Part shown: in pieces, positions 48,518 to 58,519 of the stretch
Numbering within the stretch: the stretch's first letter is position 1
Layout of the letters: the number at the start of each line of letters is the position of its first letter
Origin: an uncultured virus (IMG/VR IMGVR_UViG_3300049846_000869)
Lineage: Duplodnaviria > Heunggongvirae > Uroviricota > Caudoviricetes
IMG/VR virus record: IMGVR_UViG_3300049846_000869
DNA length: 64,000 bases
Strand: one strand, 5' to 3'
Position numbers and translations under genes: made by a program
The notes under the pieces: generated by a model
Seen by the model: only the letters and a program-made list of their open reading frames with translations
What the model was told of the DNA's origin: nothing
Database searches by the model: none

Positions 48518-48745
48518 TTACTTCGTGTAATGTTTATAACCAGTAAATACAACGCTTTTACAATATGAACAACATAATTCCACTTCGACCTTATCTTTTA
48601 ACAATGAATAAGTTATATCAAAGAGGGAGAATAGGTCAGATTCCGGAAGATTGTGTTCTATATGATTATGATGTGACATTATTCCAGCTATATACTGGGT
48701 TTTCAAAAATCTTTCTAGATATTTTGTAGCTTCTTCCGCATTCAT
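48518..48745 (-). CDS. Small CxxC protein (paralog of 48742-49002)
   Basis: VELCCSYCKSVVF. Confidence 0.5.
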   Translation of the reverse strand: MNAEEATKYLERFLKTQYIAGIMSHHNHIEHNLPESDLFSLFDITYSLLKDKVEVELCCSYCKSVVFTGYKHYTK

Positions 48746-49002
48746 AATTTCTCATTCAAGTATCTACAATCCGAGAATATCACATTCTGACAATGATTGC
48801 AAACCAAATCAACCTTTATGTTATCTGATTCAAGAGTATACTTGGAAATGAAATGGATGTTGGCAACATAGGTAACATCTTCCAAAGGACATTCAGATTC
48901 CTTGCCGTGCTTAATGATAAGGTCTTTAACTTCCTGAGAATGTCTTATGTGATTAGACAGTTTCTCATAGGCTATTTGTGCATTACCTTCGTATATTTTC
49001 AT
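48742..49002 (-). CDS. Small CxxC protein
   Basis: VDLVCNHCQNVIF. Confidence 0.5.
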   Translation of the reverse strand: MKIYEGNAQIAYEKLSNHIRHSQEVKDLIIKHGKESECPLEDVTYVANIHFISKYTLESDNIKVDLVCNHCQNVIFSDCRYLNEKL

Positions 49003-49369
49003 TGTACCACTTCTTAAGAGTTATATAGGAGTCTTCACGATGCATTCCCCATAGTTCCATACTTTCCAAAGCTTCGTCTATCAAATACATTGGCATCCCT
49101 TTATCAATAGCTGCCAGAAATTTGGTTTCTGGCCCCGAAGAATCAAAAGGGTCATAAGCATTAGGAAATCTCTTCGCCAACTCGTCTATAAGTCTGTTGA
49201 AACGCCATTCTATTGTGCCGGGACCGGAATATTCCTCGACTTTAGATTTAGGCAATTTATCTTTCCAGCTTTCTACATATTCCGTTACAATTTCGTCCGG
49301 AACTACATTTCCATTGTTATCGTACAATTTGCCGTGCGGTCCTACAGTCCAAGGTTTAGGATATGACAT
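48983..49369 (-). CDS. Hypothetical protein
   Basis: Operon ORF. Confidence 0.55.
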   Translation of the reverse strand: MSYPKPWTVGPHGKLYDNNGNVVPDEIVTEYVESWKDKLPKSKVEEYSGPGTIEWRFNRLIDELAKRFPNAYDPFDSSGPETKFLAAIDKGMPMYLIDEALESMELWGMHREDSYITLKKWYNENIRR

Positions 49370-49685
49370 TTGAGGTCTCCGTAGTATCTTTGTAGCCTTC
49401 TTTCAACAATTTCAATACATCTTTAATTGCGGCATCGTACCCGGACACATATAGCGGACCCATGAAAAAATTTGGATTAGCTTGTGCAAAACTGAAATTT
49501 TCTAAACGAGCTACAGCACCATCGTACAATTCAATTTTGCGTTTTGCATCCATCATAGAATCCTCGACCATTTTTGTCGTTGCGATTTTAGACTGTTGAC
49601 TCTTTAACATACCTTCGCATGGTTCCTGCGGGTGTTCAAAGTAAAACACTAAACAATAAGGGCATCTTGATGTATCTTTAGCCAT
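49356..49685 (-). CDS. Hypothetical protein
   Basis: N-terminal CPYC...H...C. Confidence 0.55.
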   Translation of the reverse strand: MAKDTSRCPYCLVFYFEHPQEPCEGMLKSQQSKIATTKMVEDSMMDAKRKIELYDGAVARLENFSFAQANPNFFMGPLYVSGYDAAIKDVLKLLKEGYKDTTETSNVIS

Positions 49686-49690
49686 ATATT

Positions 49691-49864
49691 TTACCTTCTA
49701 TCATAATCATCATAATCGTAATCTGGTTCTTGTTCTTGCTGCTGTTCTATCCATTGACGATAGTAACCATCTTTACCGTGGTCAACATCACCATAGCACA
49801 TTGAACAAGTCTTAGAGCCTTGGTCTTCTGGAATTGGACTTCCGCAATTTACACAGTATGGCAT
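49691..49864 (-). CDS. 57-aa Zn-ribbon microprotein (not in the ORF track)
   Basis: MPYCVNCGSPIPEDQGSKTCSMCYG...; fills the gap in the operon. Confidence 0.6.
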   Translation of the reverse strand: MPYCVNCGSPIPEDQGSKTCSMCYGDVDHGKDGYYRQWIEQQQEQEPDYDYDDYDRR

Positions 49865-49865
49865 A

Positions 49866-50069
49866 TTATTTAACCTTTACTGAAAAGCGATTGGAAACAT
49901 TTATATCCCTGAATTCGTCATGATTGAGTAATTCAGAATTTCTACTTAAAGCTTTCTTAATGCCTTCTTTAGAAAAGATTTCTTTCATAACTTTAAGTTC
50001 CGAAGGGCAGACATTTTCTTTATCAATGTCAACTATAATCGTGAATGTTTGGCGGAAAGGTTTTCTCAT
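49866..50069 (-). CDS. Hypothetical protein
   Basis: Coupled ORF. Confidence 0.5.
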   Translation of the reverse strand: MRKPFRQTFTIIVDIDKENVCPSELKVMKEIFSKEGIKKALSRNSELLNHDEFRDINVSNRFSVKVK

Positions 50070-50253
50070 GTTTGCTCCGGCACTCTAGAAACACCCTTAT
50101 TCATTTCACGGTCATATTGGTCTTTCAAATCAATATAACATCTACAAATGTAAAGAACATCATCTGGAGTCAAAAAGCGCGTTATAGGGCTACTCATAGC
50201 ACTATTAGCGGCAGACATTATTAAGGTTTCTGCTTTCTTATGGTCAATAGGCA

Positions 50254-50484
50254 TTATCGTCCCCATGCCATGTAGATACAAGTACGCATTGTAGCACTTC
50301 CTAGCAACAGTACGAACCCTACCCCTGACATAACTGCTGGTACAAATTTGGGCAATGGTGCTAACCACGCTAAACCTAAGATAACTAACGCCACTACAAA
50401 TCCTGCCGTGGCTACATTGATGTATCGGGATACTTCTTGATATTTTTCGAGACTTTCTCTTTCAAAATTTGCTGATTTATTCAT
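50254..50484 (-). CDS. Small membrane protein
   Basis: Two TM helices. Confidence 0.5.
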   Translation of the reverse strand: MNKSANFERESLEKYQEVSRYINVATAGFVVALVILGLAWLAPLPKFVPAVMSGVGFVLLLGSATMRTCIYMAWGR

Positions 50485-50680
50485 CTTCTTCTCCAGTTTT
50501 TGATTCTTCTAAAATATTCTCGACTTCATCTAAAGCAATTTTAGCATTATACCAAGCCTTAGCTAAATCAGGGTCTTTTATTTCCCAATGTCCTACATAA
50601 TGTTGTATGGCGTAATCCAAGCCTTCTGCTTCGACCATATCAGCCACTTCTTCATTTGTAAATTTTGGCTTTAAACTCAT
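50477..50680 (-). CDS. Hypothetical protein
   Basis: EGLDYA...I.D..L...W pattern; SD GGAGG. Confidence 0.55.
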   Translation of the reverse strand: MSLKPKFTNEEVADMVEAEGLDYAIQHYVGHWEIKDPDLAKAWYNAKIALDEVENILEESKTGEEDE

Positions 50681-50991
50681 TCTTCCTCCGAACCGTCGTT
50701 ACCGAGAACGGAATTCTGTGCATCTTCAACGGATTTACCATCCAAGATTTCATCAACGAAATTGGCTATATTATCAAGGGTAGTTTCGTAGTATCGAGCT
50801 TCTTGAAGGCTATTATCAAATTCTGCTGGAGAAACAGATGCGGTGCTGCTAATCAATTCCAAAGCTTCAGTTAATCTTTGTATTTCGCGGGTCTTATCTA
50901 TGGATTCCATAGTGCGTAAATCGTCTAATAATGACATATAATATCCCTGTTTGGGGGAATTATAACTGATAGGCGAAATCAAGTCAAGCGA

Positions 50992-51639
50992 TTAGCTTCC
51001 GTCATTCAAAACTAATGGGTCTGTGATAACTAACTGCGGGCCTTGTGGAGACCTTCTCCACATAACATTCCCTTCGTGGATATCCAATCGTAAATCATGT
51101 TTGTCTACCAATTCTTTAATCAATTCTAAAGCTTCTTCGAGTCTAAAATCAACAATCTTTAGATTTCTACCCAAGCAATATTCTTCTATTCTATCAACGA
51201 TATCATCAACATAAGTGGTTTTGTGGGCATCGCCAGCAACATCGGAATCACCAAACATTTTAACCATCATTTCTTTTAAGTCTTCGATATTTAAATCATC
51301 AATTTCATTCAGTCTTTCCATTTTCAAATGCATCACAGAAGCTTCTGAATCTTTAGCTTTGAATTCGTTGACTCTGTAAAAATTTGGGAAATAAGGATTT
51401 AATTGTCCCTTGGATTTATTGTATTGTAATATACCCCTGACATAGAATTGGAAACCATCATCTGCGGTTGATTTCTTGTAAGCATCTAATGGATTTTTAC
51501 TAGCATACACCTTAGCGTAGGCACCATATCCCAATCGTGAAAAAGTTCTGTCAATAGCGCCTTTGTGCTGGCGACCTCTGATGCCTTTTCGTGGTGTTAT
51601 CTGTTTATATGATGGGTTTAGAATTTCGAGAATTTTCAT
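50992..51639 (-). CDS. T7 gp0.7-like protein kinase, paralog 2
   Basis: LGYGAYAKV, NPYFP, MERL, DIHEGNVM and LVITDP motifs. Confidence 0.82.
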   Translation of the reverse strand: MKILEILNPSYKQITPRKGIRGRQHKGAIDRTFSRLGYGAYAKVYASKNPLDAYKKSTADDGFQFYVRGILQYNKSKGQLNPYFPNFYRVNEFKAKDSEASVMHLKMERLNEIDDLNIEDLKEMMVKMFGDSDVAGDAHKTTYVDDIVDRIEEYCLGRNLKIVDFRLEEALELIKELVDKHDLRLDIHEGNVMWRRSPQGPQLVITDPLVLNDGS

Positions 51640-52463
51640 GAGAACGGGTCCGTGATAACCAATTGAAGTCTGCCACCTTCTCTACGAACCATAACATTGC
51701 CATGATGAATGTCCCATGATATAAATTTTCTATCAGTATAACCTAAATCTTCTGGTCTAATTTTACAATCGTATAACCATTCTATCGCGTCTGCTAATTT
51801 GAAATCTTTGACTATATCTAGTCTATTATTAGATTCGAAAGCGGTTCTTAAACATGAAGCAAGAGCTTGACAGACTGCATCTTTGGTTGAAAATGACCCA
51901 TCGGACCAATAAGAAGCCTTTTGTCTCTTATTAGTTTTCATTGCTTGCATAATGTCGTAGCGTAATACAGTAGGAGCATCACGATATGTATCTTCTTGGT
52001 TATCAATTATTGGCGCAATTTCTTTTTGTAAGTACGGCCAAAAATCCTTTTCACCAAATAAACTTATAGCCAACTCATAAATTTCTGAAGCAGAATATTT
52101 AGATAGTGGCTGTAGGCGTTCCATCTTAACTGTATTACGGCTGATTTGTCTATCGTCGCCAGTATCTCTATCTTTAATTTTATCTTTGAAGGTAACTACT
52201 TTGTAAAATCTTGGGAAATATGGATTGACTTGTCCGTGCTTTTTGTTGTATGCCATCACGCACATTACGAAGAAATTATAGTTGTCATTAACTGAACTGT
52301 TTTTTATGATTTCATGGGGATTCTTTGAAGCTACCGTACTACCGAAGGCTCCAGAGGCAATATGGTCAGAGTTTCGTCTAACATACGAGATTCTATTAGT
52401 TATTCCCTTTTTTGGGCTAACAACTTCCCTGTGTTGTGGATTTAAAATTTCACGAATAAGCAT
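51636..52463 (-). CDS. T7 gp0.7-like protein kinase, paralog 3
   Basis: IASGAFG, EIIK, NPYFP, MERL, DIHHGNVM and LVITDP motifs. Confidence 0.82.
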   Translation of the reverse strand: MLIREILNPQHREVVSPKKGITNRISYVRRNSDHIASGAFGSTVASKNPHEIIKNSSVNDNYNFFVMCVMAYNKKHGQVNPYFPRFYKVVTFKDKIKDRDTGDDRQISRNTVKMERLQPLSKYSASEIYELAISLFGEKDFWPYLQKEIAPIIDNQEDTYRDAPTVLRYDIMQAMKTNKRQKASYWSDGSFSTKDAVCQALASCLRTAFESNNRLDIVKDFKLADAIEWLYDCKIRPEDLGYTDRKFISWDIHHGNVMVRREGGRLQLVITDPFS

Positions 52464-52509
52464 ATTAAACTCCCATAGATTATATTTATTGTTTCGGATA
52501 ATACCCCCA

Positions 52510-52538
52510 TTGACTTCGATACTCTAAAGAGTTATAAT
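52510..52538 (+). promoter_or_regulatory. sigma70-type promoter of the plus-strand operon
   Basis: TTGACT-17-TATAAT. Confidence 0.75.
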
Positions 52539-52557
52539 TAAGAAAATAGGAATATCC

Positions 52558-52959
52558 ATGAATAAAGAATCTTACGGAATATATGTGGCCTCAAGGGTCA
52601 AGCAAGCCCCATTATGGAAAATGATGTTAGGTGAAAGCTGTCCAATAATCTCTACTTGGATTCATGAAACCGGAGAGAATGAGACCGAAAACTTTGGGGA
52701 ATTGTGGACAAGAATAAGAAATGAGATAGCCTCTGCGAGAGCCTTAGTCCTCTATGTGGAGCCTGATGATTTCCCCCTAAAGGGGGCGCTGATTGAAACT
52801 GGAATGGCCCTAGCGTTGAATAAACCAGTTATAGTGTGCCTTCCGGGGGTAGTCTTGGATGGTAGAACCTCAAGACCAATTGGTTCATGGATTAATCACC
52901 CATTAGTTACGCGAAATGACAATATTTGGGATGCTCTTGAAATGGCTATGAAACTATAA
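52558..52959 (+). CDS. Nucleoside 2-deoxyribosyltransferase-like protein
   Basis: IYVAS...GALIETGMALALNKPV. Confidence 0.65.
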   Translation: MNKESYGIYVASRVKQAPLWKMMLGESCPIISTWIHETGENETENFGELWTRIRNEIASARALVLYVEPDDFPLKGALIETGMALALNKPVIVCLPGVVLDGRTSRPIGSWINHPLVTRNDNIWDALEMAMKL

Positions 52960-52974
52960 AGGCGGAGAAATAAC

Positions 52975-53175
52975 ATGGCAACTTATAGATTACAATTATG
53001 GGATAATCATTCGGGTGATGTTGAAGAAGAAGATAGCGTTGGCGATTTGAGAAAGGCCAGACGAGATGCTAAGAAAATGAAAGAATGGAGACTCGGGCGC
53101 TACGACCCCTCAGAAAAACTTAAGAAGACCGATATCGTCGTTTATATCTTCAAGAAAGTTGGGAAAATCCAATGA
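52975..53175 (+). CDS. Hypothetical protein
   Basis: SD GGAG. Confidence 0.55.
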   Translation: MATYRLQLWDNHSGDVEEEDSVGDLRKARRDAKKMKEWRLGRYDPSEKLKKTDIVVYIFKKVGKIQ

Positions 53176-53639
53176 GATTAGATTTCCCTTTCAATTTACA
53201 TCAAGAGATGATGAGGTTTGAGGCTCCCGACCCGATTCAGGCTTTAGATGTTGATGCCGCAATAGCATATCGAGAATATTTAGAAATGGGATATTCGCTC
53301 GAAGAAGCTTTGTACCAAGCAGTAGAAAAATATAAAAGATTGGTGAAGTTGGGCGGAGAAATGATAGAATTTTGTAGAGAAGGATGGGATAAAAATTCTC
53401 CCACTACAATCAATAGTTCTAATTTCAATGAATACTTAAAGTCGCGTGTTCCAGTTATCCACAGAACTCGCTGCCGCCAAGAGAGAGTACAGTTGGTGTT
53501 AGAGGCATGGTTGAAAGATATGACAGGTCTCAGTCTTGAAGAATACCAACAGAACAGAAGGGCAAACTCAGCAAAACGCCTCGCTGCTTTAGAACAAGAA
53601 ATTGACCAAGCATTAGCGGAGATGAATAATGAACATTAA
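53172..53639 (+). CDS. Hypothetical protein
   Basis: Coupled ORF. Confidence 0.55.
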   Translation: MRLDFPFNLHQEMMRFEAPDPIQALDVDAAIAYREYLEMGYSLEEALYQAVEKYKRLVKLGGEMIEFCREGWDKNSPTTINSSNFNEYLKSRVPVIHRTRCRQERVQLVLEAWLKDMTGLSLEEYQQNRRANSAKRLAALEQEIDQALAEMNNEH

Positions 53640-53874
53640 AGAACAATATCCATTAGCAAAGACGGGAAAATCATGGCATTTGTTCCCCACGGTTTGTAAA
53701 CGCAAAAGCGATGATACCCTCTGGATGCCAAGCCATCCGGGATATTGCGATTTAACTATGGGATACTATTTTGTCAAACTAGAAAAGAGATACATCGGTT
53801 GGACTGCCAACCATGATGATGTTTGGTGTTTTAAAGAAGATGCATTGTTTGATGTTATACACTTCAGAGAATGA
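53629..53874 (+). CDS. Hypothetical protein
   Basis: Coupled ORF. Confidence 0.5.
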   Translation: MNIKEQYPLAKTGKSWHLFPTVCKRKSDDTLWMPSHPGYCDLTMGYYFVKLEKRYIGWTANHDDVWCFKEDALFDVIHFRE

Positions 53875-54116
53875 TAATGAAACTCAGAGAATTGAATTTT
53901 TTAACTGTAGTACACGGAACTGAAGATTCCGGATTTATAAGGTATACGGGGGTTAGTATACCGAAGGCTATAAAAGCTTACAAAGAACTGTTGAAACACA
54001 ACGAACCCGCCGTATTTTGGGTAACCTACACAAATCGTGATAATGGATATTCCTACACTTCAACATTACAGAATTGGAACAGAAAAGTAACTAAAAAACA
54101 GAGGATAACGATATGA
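53871..54116 (+). CDS. Hypothetical protein
   Basis: Coupled ORF. Confidence 0.5.
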   Translation: MIMKLRELNFLTVVHGTEDSGFIRYTGVSIPKAIKAYKELLKHNEPAVFWVTYTNRDNGYSYTSTLQNWNRKVTKKQRITI

Positions 54117-54514
54117 TAATTTATGGACATAGAATAAGTTTAATTCCAGAAACAGAAAAAAATGGAATGCGATTATATCAAGAGGCAGAAATGGAAGCCA
54201 TGTCTTGGCTTGATTTCGCAGCCAAAGTTCCATCTACGGATTTCAAAATAAGATTGGTAGAAACCAATATACCACATTTTTATATTTGGGGATGGGTCAT
54301 TGACACAAACAGATATGTGAATAATCCTGTTTGTATAAAACCTTTAATTCCTAGTTATACTAACACTAAAGATGGACAATCAAATATAGTTAACCATGAA
54401 GGTTACAAATATATGGATTCAATACTGAAAATCTTACCTCAACAAATAAAAGATATGTTTAAAGAGCAATATCCAGATGTTATTATCTTTGAAGCTAAAG
54501 ACGAATTAAAATAA
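54113..54514 (+). CDS. MI(I/L)YG family paralog A
   Basis: Shares the N-terminus and an (I/V)(W/F)G motif with 54516 and 57376. Confidence 0.55.
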   Translation: MIIYGHRISLIPETEKNGMRLYQEAEMEAMSWLDFAAKVPSTDFKIRLVETNIPHFYIWGWVIDTNRYVNNPVCIKPLIPSYTNTKDGQSNIVNHEGYKYMDSILKILPQQIKDMFKEQYPDVIIFEAKDELK

Positions 54515-54515
54515 T

Positions 54516-54863
54516 ATGATACTCTACGGCCATAAAGTAAAATACTATGGAAGTATAACTGATAAAGAATTTAGGAAATTCCAAAGAATTTCCGAAGCTT
54601 ATATCAAAGAACATGGATATCCCGGAATAAGATTTTTCCTCGGAAGTAATAAAGATGGACATGATTATGCCATTTGGGGTATAATACTGACCTCAAACCA
54701 TTTCTCTTATCCGGTAGAAGTTGAGAACATTAGATTCACGCCTACTAATATTGAAATAAGAGCTATGGCGCATTTTTACAACAAGCTCACGGATTCATGT
54801 AAGAGCAGATTGAACAAAATACCAAAGGCTTTCATTTGTACGCCGACGAGAATTGATAAGTAA
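54516..54863 (+). CDS. MI(I/L)YG family paralog B
   Basis: Shares the N-terminus and IWG motif with 54113 and 57376. Confidence 0.55.
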   Translation: MILYGHKVKYYGSITDKEFRKFQRISEAYIKEHGYPGIRFFLGSNKDGHDYAIWGIILTSNHFSYPVEVENIRFTPTNIEIRAMAHFYNKLTDSCKSRLNKIPKAFICTPTRIDK

Positions 54864-55139
54864 AGGTCAACATATGATAAAATCAAAACTGACGATTAAA
54901 GAACGATTTTTAAGCTGGCGCACAAGCTTAGTCATATGGTGGCAAGATTTCTTGGTAATGATTCTATGCCGAGTGTTCGGGCGTCATGTTCCTGTCAGAG
55001 TATATGTCGAAGACTATAATCCATTTTGGCCTGAAAATCCAGAAGAAAAGATAATAGACGGAGAGCCTAAAATGATATTAGCCGGTCGTGTCTGTGGATA
55101 TTGCGGCGAAGAAGTTGATGAACAAGGGAAATTAAAATC

Positions 55140-55526
55140 ATGGGTACGCTAACCAAACGACAGCAAGAAATCATAGCCACTTGGAACCCATTACAGATAA
55201 ACGACGATGGTTCCAAATGTTGGGATGGTATAACTTTGAAAGAAGTTAGAGCCGCATATAAAGCTGCGCGAGGAAAGTGCGTACATGATAAGGATTCGTG
55301 CATGTTCTTCGCAGTAAATCTAAAAGGCGCAAGAAAAGTTTTTGAATACTGCCATAGACCAAATGACCCAGCAAGATGTAACACTATCAACTGTGAAGAC
55401 AGTTGGATTAAAGCTTCGAACGGAATGCTGAAGTGGACTACTTCTAAAGCAAAACCAAGAACCAGATGGGAAGTTGGAGAATATGTAGGCCCACCTGAAG
55501 TTACCAGAGGGTATAGGAGAGTATAA
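55140..55526 (+). CDS. Cys-rich hypothetical protein
   Basis: Operon ORF. Confidence 0.5.
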   Translation: MGTLTKRQQEIIATWNPLQINDDGSKCWDGITLKEVRAAYKAARGKCVHDKDSCMFFAVNLKGARKVFEYCHRPNDPARCNTINCEDSWIKASNGMLKWTTSKAKPRTRWEVGEYVGPPEVTRGYRRV

Positions 55527-55804
55527 TGAAAGTGCCAGCAACAATTACAAAAGTTGATAGAATTGAGGTTGAGGTTGATGTAAAACACATCATCCAAGAA
55601 ATCAAAGAGCGTTATATTAGACAACTAGAATTGCGTTCGGATGCTTTTTTGAATGAAAGGACTGGAATGTGGGCGTGGGATGAGGAAAGTTACCATAATG
55701 GTGATTTGTTTGAACACGAAATTCGTTCTGCGACTAAAGAAGAAATCACATTCATTACAGAGACTTTACCATTGATTGAGAAATTACTAAAGAAAAAATC
55801 ATAA
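55526..55804 (+). CDS. Hypothetical protein
   Basis: Coupled ORF with RxATKEE motif. Confidence 0.55.
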   Translation: MKVPATITKVDRIEVEVDVKHIIQEIKERYIRQLELRSDAFLNERTGMWAWDEESYHNGDLFEHEIRSATKEEITFITETLPLIEKLLKKKS

Positions 55805-55805
55805 C

Positions 55806-56771
55806 ATGAAACTTACTGAACATCAAAAAGACATTCTATTAGCGGGAGCCATCGGTGATGCTGTTGGTTATCGTATAGAATTCGACAACATCAATAAAAT
55901 CAAAAATACTTACGGGAAGAACGGGCTAACATTTGACCACATCAAAGATGATGAAGCTCTTGTCGTTTCAGATGATACCCAAATGACACTATTTGCTCTA
56001 GAAGCATTACACTATGGTCCAGAGTCTAAGAACTATCAAACGGCCTTTCAAGCTTGGTATTTGACACAAGAAAACGAATTGTATGGTGAAAATCATATCA
56101 ATGACTCTCCGTTATTCTCCTTTAAATCGCTCCACGCGCTTAGAGCGCCGGGGAATACCTGTCTATCATCCTTGAGTAGCGGAGTCCCAGTAAGCCTTTC
56201 AAAAGGTTGTGGCGGCATAATGAGAGTAGTGCCCCTTTCTTTCTTGCCGACATTGGAGGAAGCAATCAATCATGGTGCGAAACAAGCTAGTTTAACACAC
56301 GGGCATCCTTCCGGATATTGGTCCGCTGGATTTTTTGCTGGACTTATCCACATAATCCTTAATAATCCTACACTTACATACGAAGAAGCCATTGACAAGT
56401 GCATTAAAACTATGGAATTCTTCGATTCAGTAGATGAAACCTTGGATGCTGTAGAAAAGGCTAGGACAGTTTACAGAACTTCTTCCGACAGCATCCTCAT
56501 GAATGTTCATAAGCTAGGCGGAGGATGGACAGGAGAGGAAGCCTTGGCGATTGCCATATATTGCGTGTTCGCTTCAACTACTTTCGAAGAGGCTGTAGAA
56601 TTTGCCATCAATCATGATGGCGATTCGGACTCTACAGGAACTTTAACCGCACAATTATGGGTGGCCTTGTACGGGTTGCCGGAAAAATACAAATCGTGGG
56701 CAGATAGATTAGATGTTGCCGATGCTTTCAAATTCGTTCTCGATGAAAAGAATTACCTAACAGGAGAATAA
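55806..56771 (+). CDS. ADP-ribosylglycohydrolase (DraG/ARH family)
   Basis: GAIGDA.G..IEF, SDDTQMT, GCGGIMR, LTHGH and GDSDSTG motifs. Confidence 0.93.
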   Translation: MKLTEHQKDILLAGAIGDAVGYRIEFDNINKIKNTYGKNGLTFDHIKDDEALVVSDDTQMTLFALEALHYGPESKNYQTAFQAWYLTQENELYGENHINDSPLFSFKSLHALRAPGNTCLSSLSSGVPVSLSKGCGGIMRVVPLSFLPTLEEAINHGAKQASLTHGHPSGYWSAGFFAGLIHIILNNPTLTYEEAIDKCIKTMEFFDSVDETLDAVEKARTVYRTSSDSILMNVHKLGGGWTGEEALAIAIYCVFASTTFEEAVEFAINHDGDSDSTGTLTAQLWVALYGLPEKYKSWADRLDVADAFKFVLDEKNYLTGE

Positions 56772-56772
56772 A

Positions 56773-57057
56773 ATGGCCCTTTCTAGTAATTTCAAAGAAA
56801 ATTTCATTCTATGCTGCATTGTTGTATTTTTCGCTGGGATTATTGCCTCAGTAATCATCAACCATCAGGGCACAAGGAAATTAATCACTTGTTCTATGGA
56901 TGGAGTCGCTACCTTCAGACAAGAAAACATAAGAGAGGTTTTTATGTCCGAAGGAGCAACCTCATTATACTTTTACGAAATGGGAAGTAGTGATGAAACC
57001 GTTTACAAACTACACGAAGGGGAAGTTTGTAAGGTATCAAGATACAAAATCAATTAA
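56773..57057 (+). CDS. Membrane-anchored protein (paralog of 57071)
   Basis: TM helix plus ITC...YKLHEGEVC. Confidence 0.55.
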   Translation: MALSSNFKENFILCCIVVFFAGIIASVIINHQGTRKLITCSMDGVATFRQENIREVFMSEGATSLYFYEMGSSDETVYKLHEGEVCKVSRYKIN

Positions 57058-57070
57058 AGGAAAATAGCTT

Positions 57071-57379
57071 ATGTCAAAAGATGTAAAAGACCCAATTGGC
57101 CGTGTTTTAAATACCATTTTGGCTGCAATGATTTTCTGTGTACTTGCTCTCGTAGGTATAGCATTTTCTCTTGTTTTTTCGGATGATGGCCAAAAGAGTA
57201 TGGTAACCTGCATCATTGAAGGTAACCAATCTTTCTACAAAGACAACCTTGAAGTGGCCTATGTCAATCAGGCCGGAACCATGTTATTGTATTCCGCCCA
57301 GCGAAGAGTCAAAGAAGATATCTATAAGCTCCATGATGGTGAGAATTGCCAAATTAGAAGTTATGAAGTAAAACAATGA
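57071..57379 (+). CDS. Membrane-anchored protein
   Basis: TM helix plus VTC...YKLHDGENC. Confidence 0.55.
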   Translation: MSKDVKDPIGRVLNTILAAMIFCVLALVGIAFSLVFSDDGQKSMVTCIIEGNQSFYKDNLEVAYVNQAGTMLLYSAQRRVKEDIYKLHDGENCQIRSYEVKQ

Positions 57380-57699
57380 TAATCTACGGTTACAGAGTCA
57401 AAGGTGCGGACATTCATCCGACTAGAATGAACTTGAACAAGGCTATTCTGTCTTTCAATAAAAGAAATGGTAGATACCCGGTAGACACTTATCGTTCTGC
57501 TGCTGGAAGGAAGTTCACGGTCTTCGGAGTTGTTGTATCCAAGGAAAGCTTTAAAATCAACATCACCCCATTGAAGAAGGTCATGAAGACCAAACCGACC
57601 GACAAGCAAATCCAATTATTGGAAACAGCTTATAGCCGAGTCCCTAAAGTCACCAAAAAGAAACTCGGAAAGAAACCTGAAATCTTTATCTATAGTTAA
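57376..57699 (+). CDS. MI(I/L)YG family paralog C
   Basis: MIIYGYRVK...VFG...LGKKPEIFI. Confidence 0.55.
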   Translation: MIIYGYRVKGADIHPTRMNLNKAILSFNKRNGRYPVDTYRSAAGRKFTVFGVVVSKESFKINITPLKKVMKTKPTDKQIQLLETAYSRVPKVTKKKLGKKPEIFIYS

Positions 57700-58517
57700 T
57701 AGTAAGGGTCAGTAATGACCAATTGAGGGTATGCCCCGCCGCGACGAATCATAAGGTTTCCCTCATGGATATCATTACCGGGGCTGGCGTACTGATAACC
57801 GATATCCTGTGGGTTGGTCATACAATGGTGGACCCATTCAACAGCATCTAACAATCTTGGGTCTACGATGACTTCTTCGTTAGGGTCATTGACATTAGAA
57901 TCTATAAGCCTTGTGATGATTGCAATCATCATGTTCTTAAGTTTAGGATTGTCCTCTTTTATCATTCTCATGAGGTCGTATTCTTTGACGGTACGGCCCT
58001 TACCATACTTGGCATTGAATCTTTCTTCAGCAGTTTTCTCCCAAGAAGCGCCGCTAACCATCAGTTCTTTGAAGGAATCAGAGTCAAGGATTCTGACTTT
58101 AAAATCATCCCCGAAGTAATGCGTCCCCATCGTGAAGATTTCTTGAGCCGTGCAGGAACGGAACGGCAACAGCCTTTCCATTTTAACTATTTTTTTCTGA
58201 ACCATGTCGTGCCTTTCACCCTTCTGCTTCGCGGTCACAACCTTGAAGAATCTAGGAAAGAAAGGATTGGATTGCCCATGCTTCTCATTGTAGAACAGGA
58301 CAGCATCAACGAAAAAATTATAATGGTCTTCTACCCTGTTCTCATTGTGAGAAGAAAGCTTGACCACTTCATGAGGATTGTTAGACTTGACAGTAATCCC
58401 GTACTTACCCTTGCCTATGAGTCGCTTAGGATTGTTCAAAGCCGAGGTACGGTCATAGAGTCCCTTGGAAGGGTTGACTCTCTTGGTCACCGGATTTAGA
58501 ATTTCATTAATCTTCAT
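57696..58517 (-). CDS. T7 gp0.7-like protein kinase, paralog 4
   Basis: Start MKINEIL; IGKGKYG, EVVK, NPFFP, MERL, DIHEGNLM and LVITDP motifs. Confidence 0.82.
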   Translation of the reverse strand: MKINEILNPVTKRVNPSKGLYDRTSALNNPKRLIGKGKYGITVKSNNPHEVVKLSSHNENRVEDHYNFFVDAVLFYNEKHGQSNPFFPRFFKVVTAKQKGERHDMVQKKIVKMERLLPFRSCTAQEIFTMGTHYFGDDFKVRILDSDSFKELMVSGASWEKTAEERFNAKYGKGRTVKEYDLMRMIKEDNPKLKNMMIAIITRLIDSNVNDPNEEVIVDPRLLDAVEWVHHCMTNPQDIGYQYASPGNDIHEGNLMIRRGGAYPQLVITDPYY

Positions 58518-58519
58518 GG

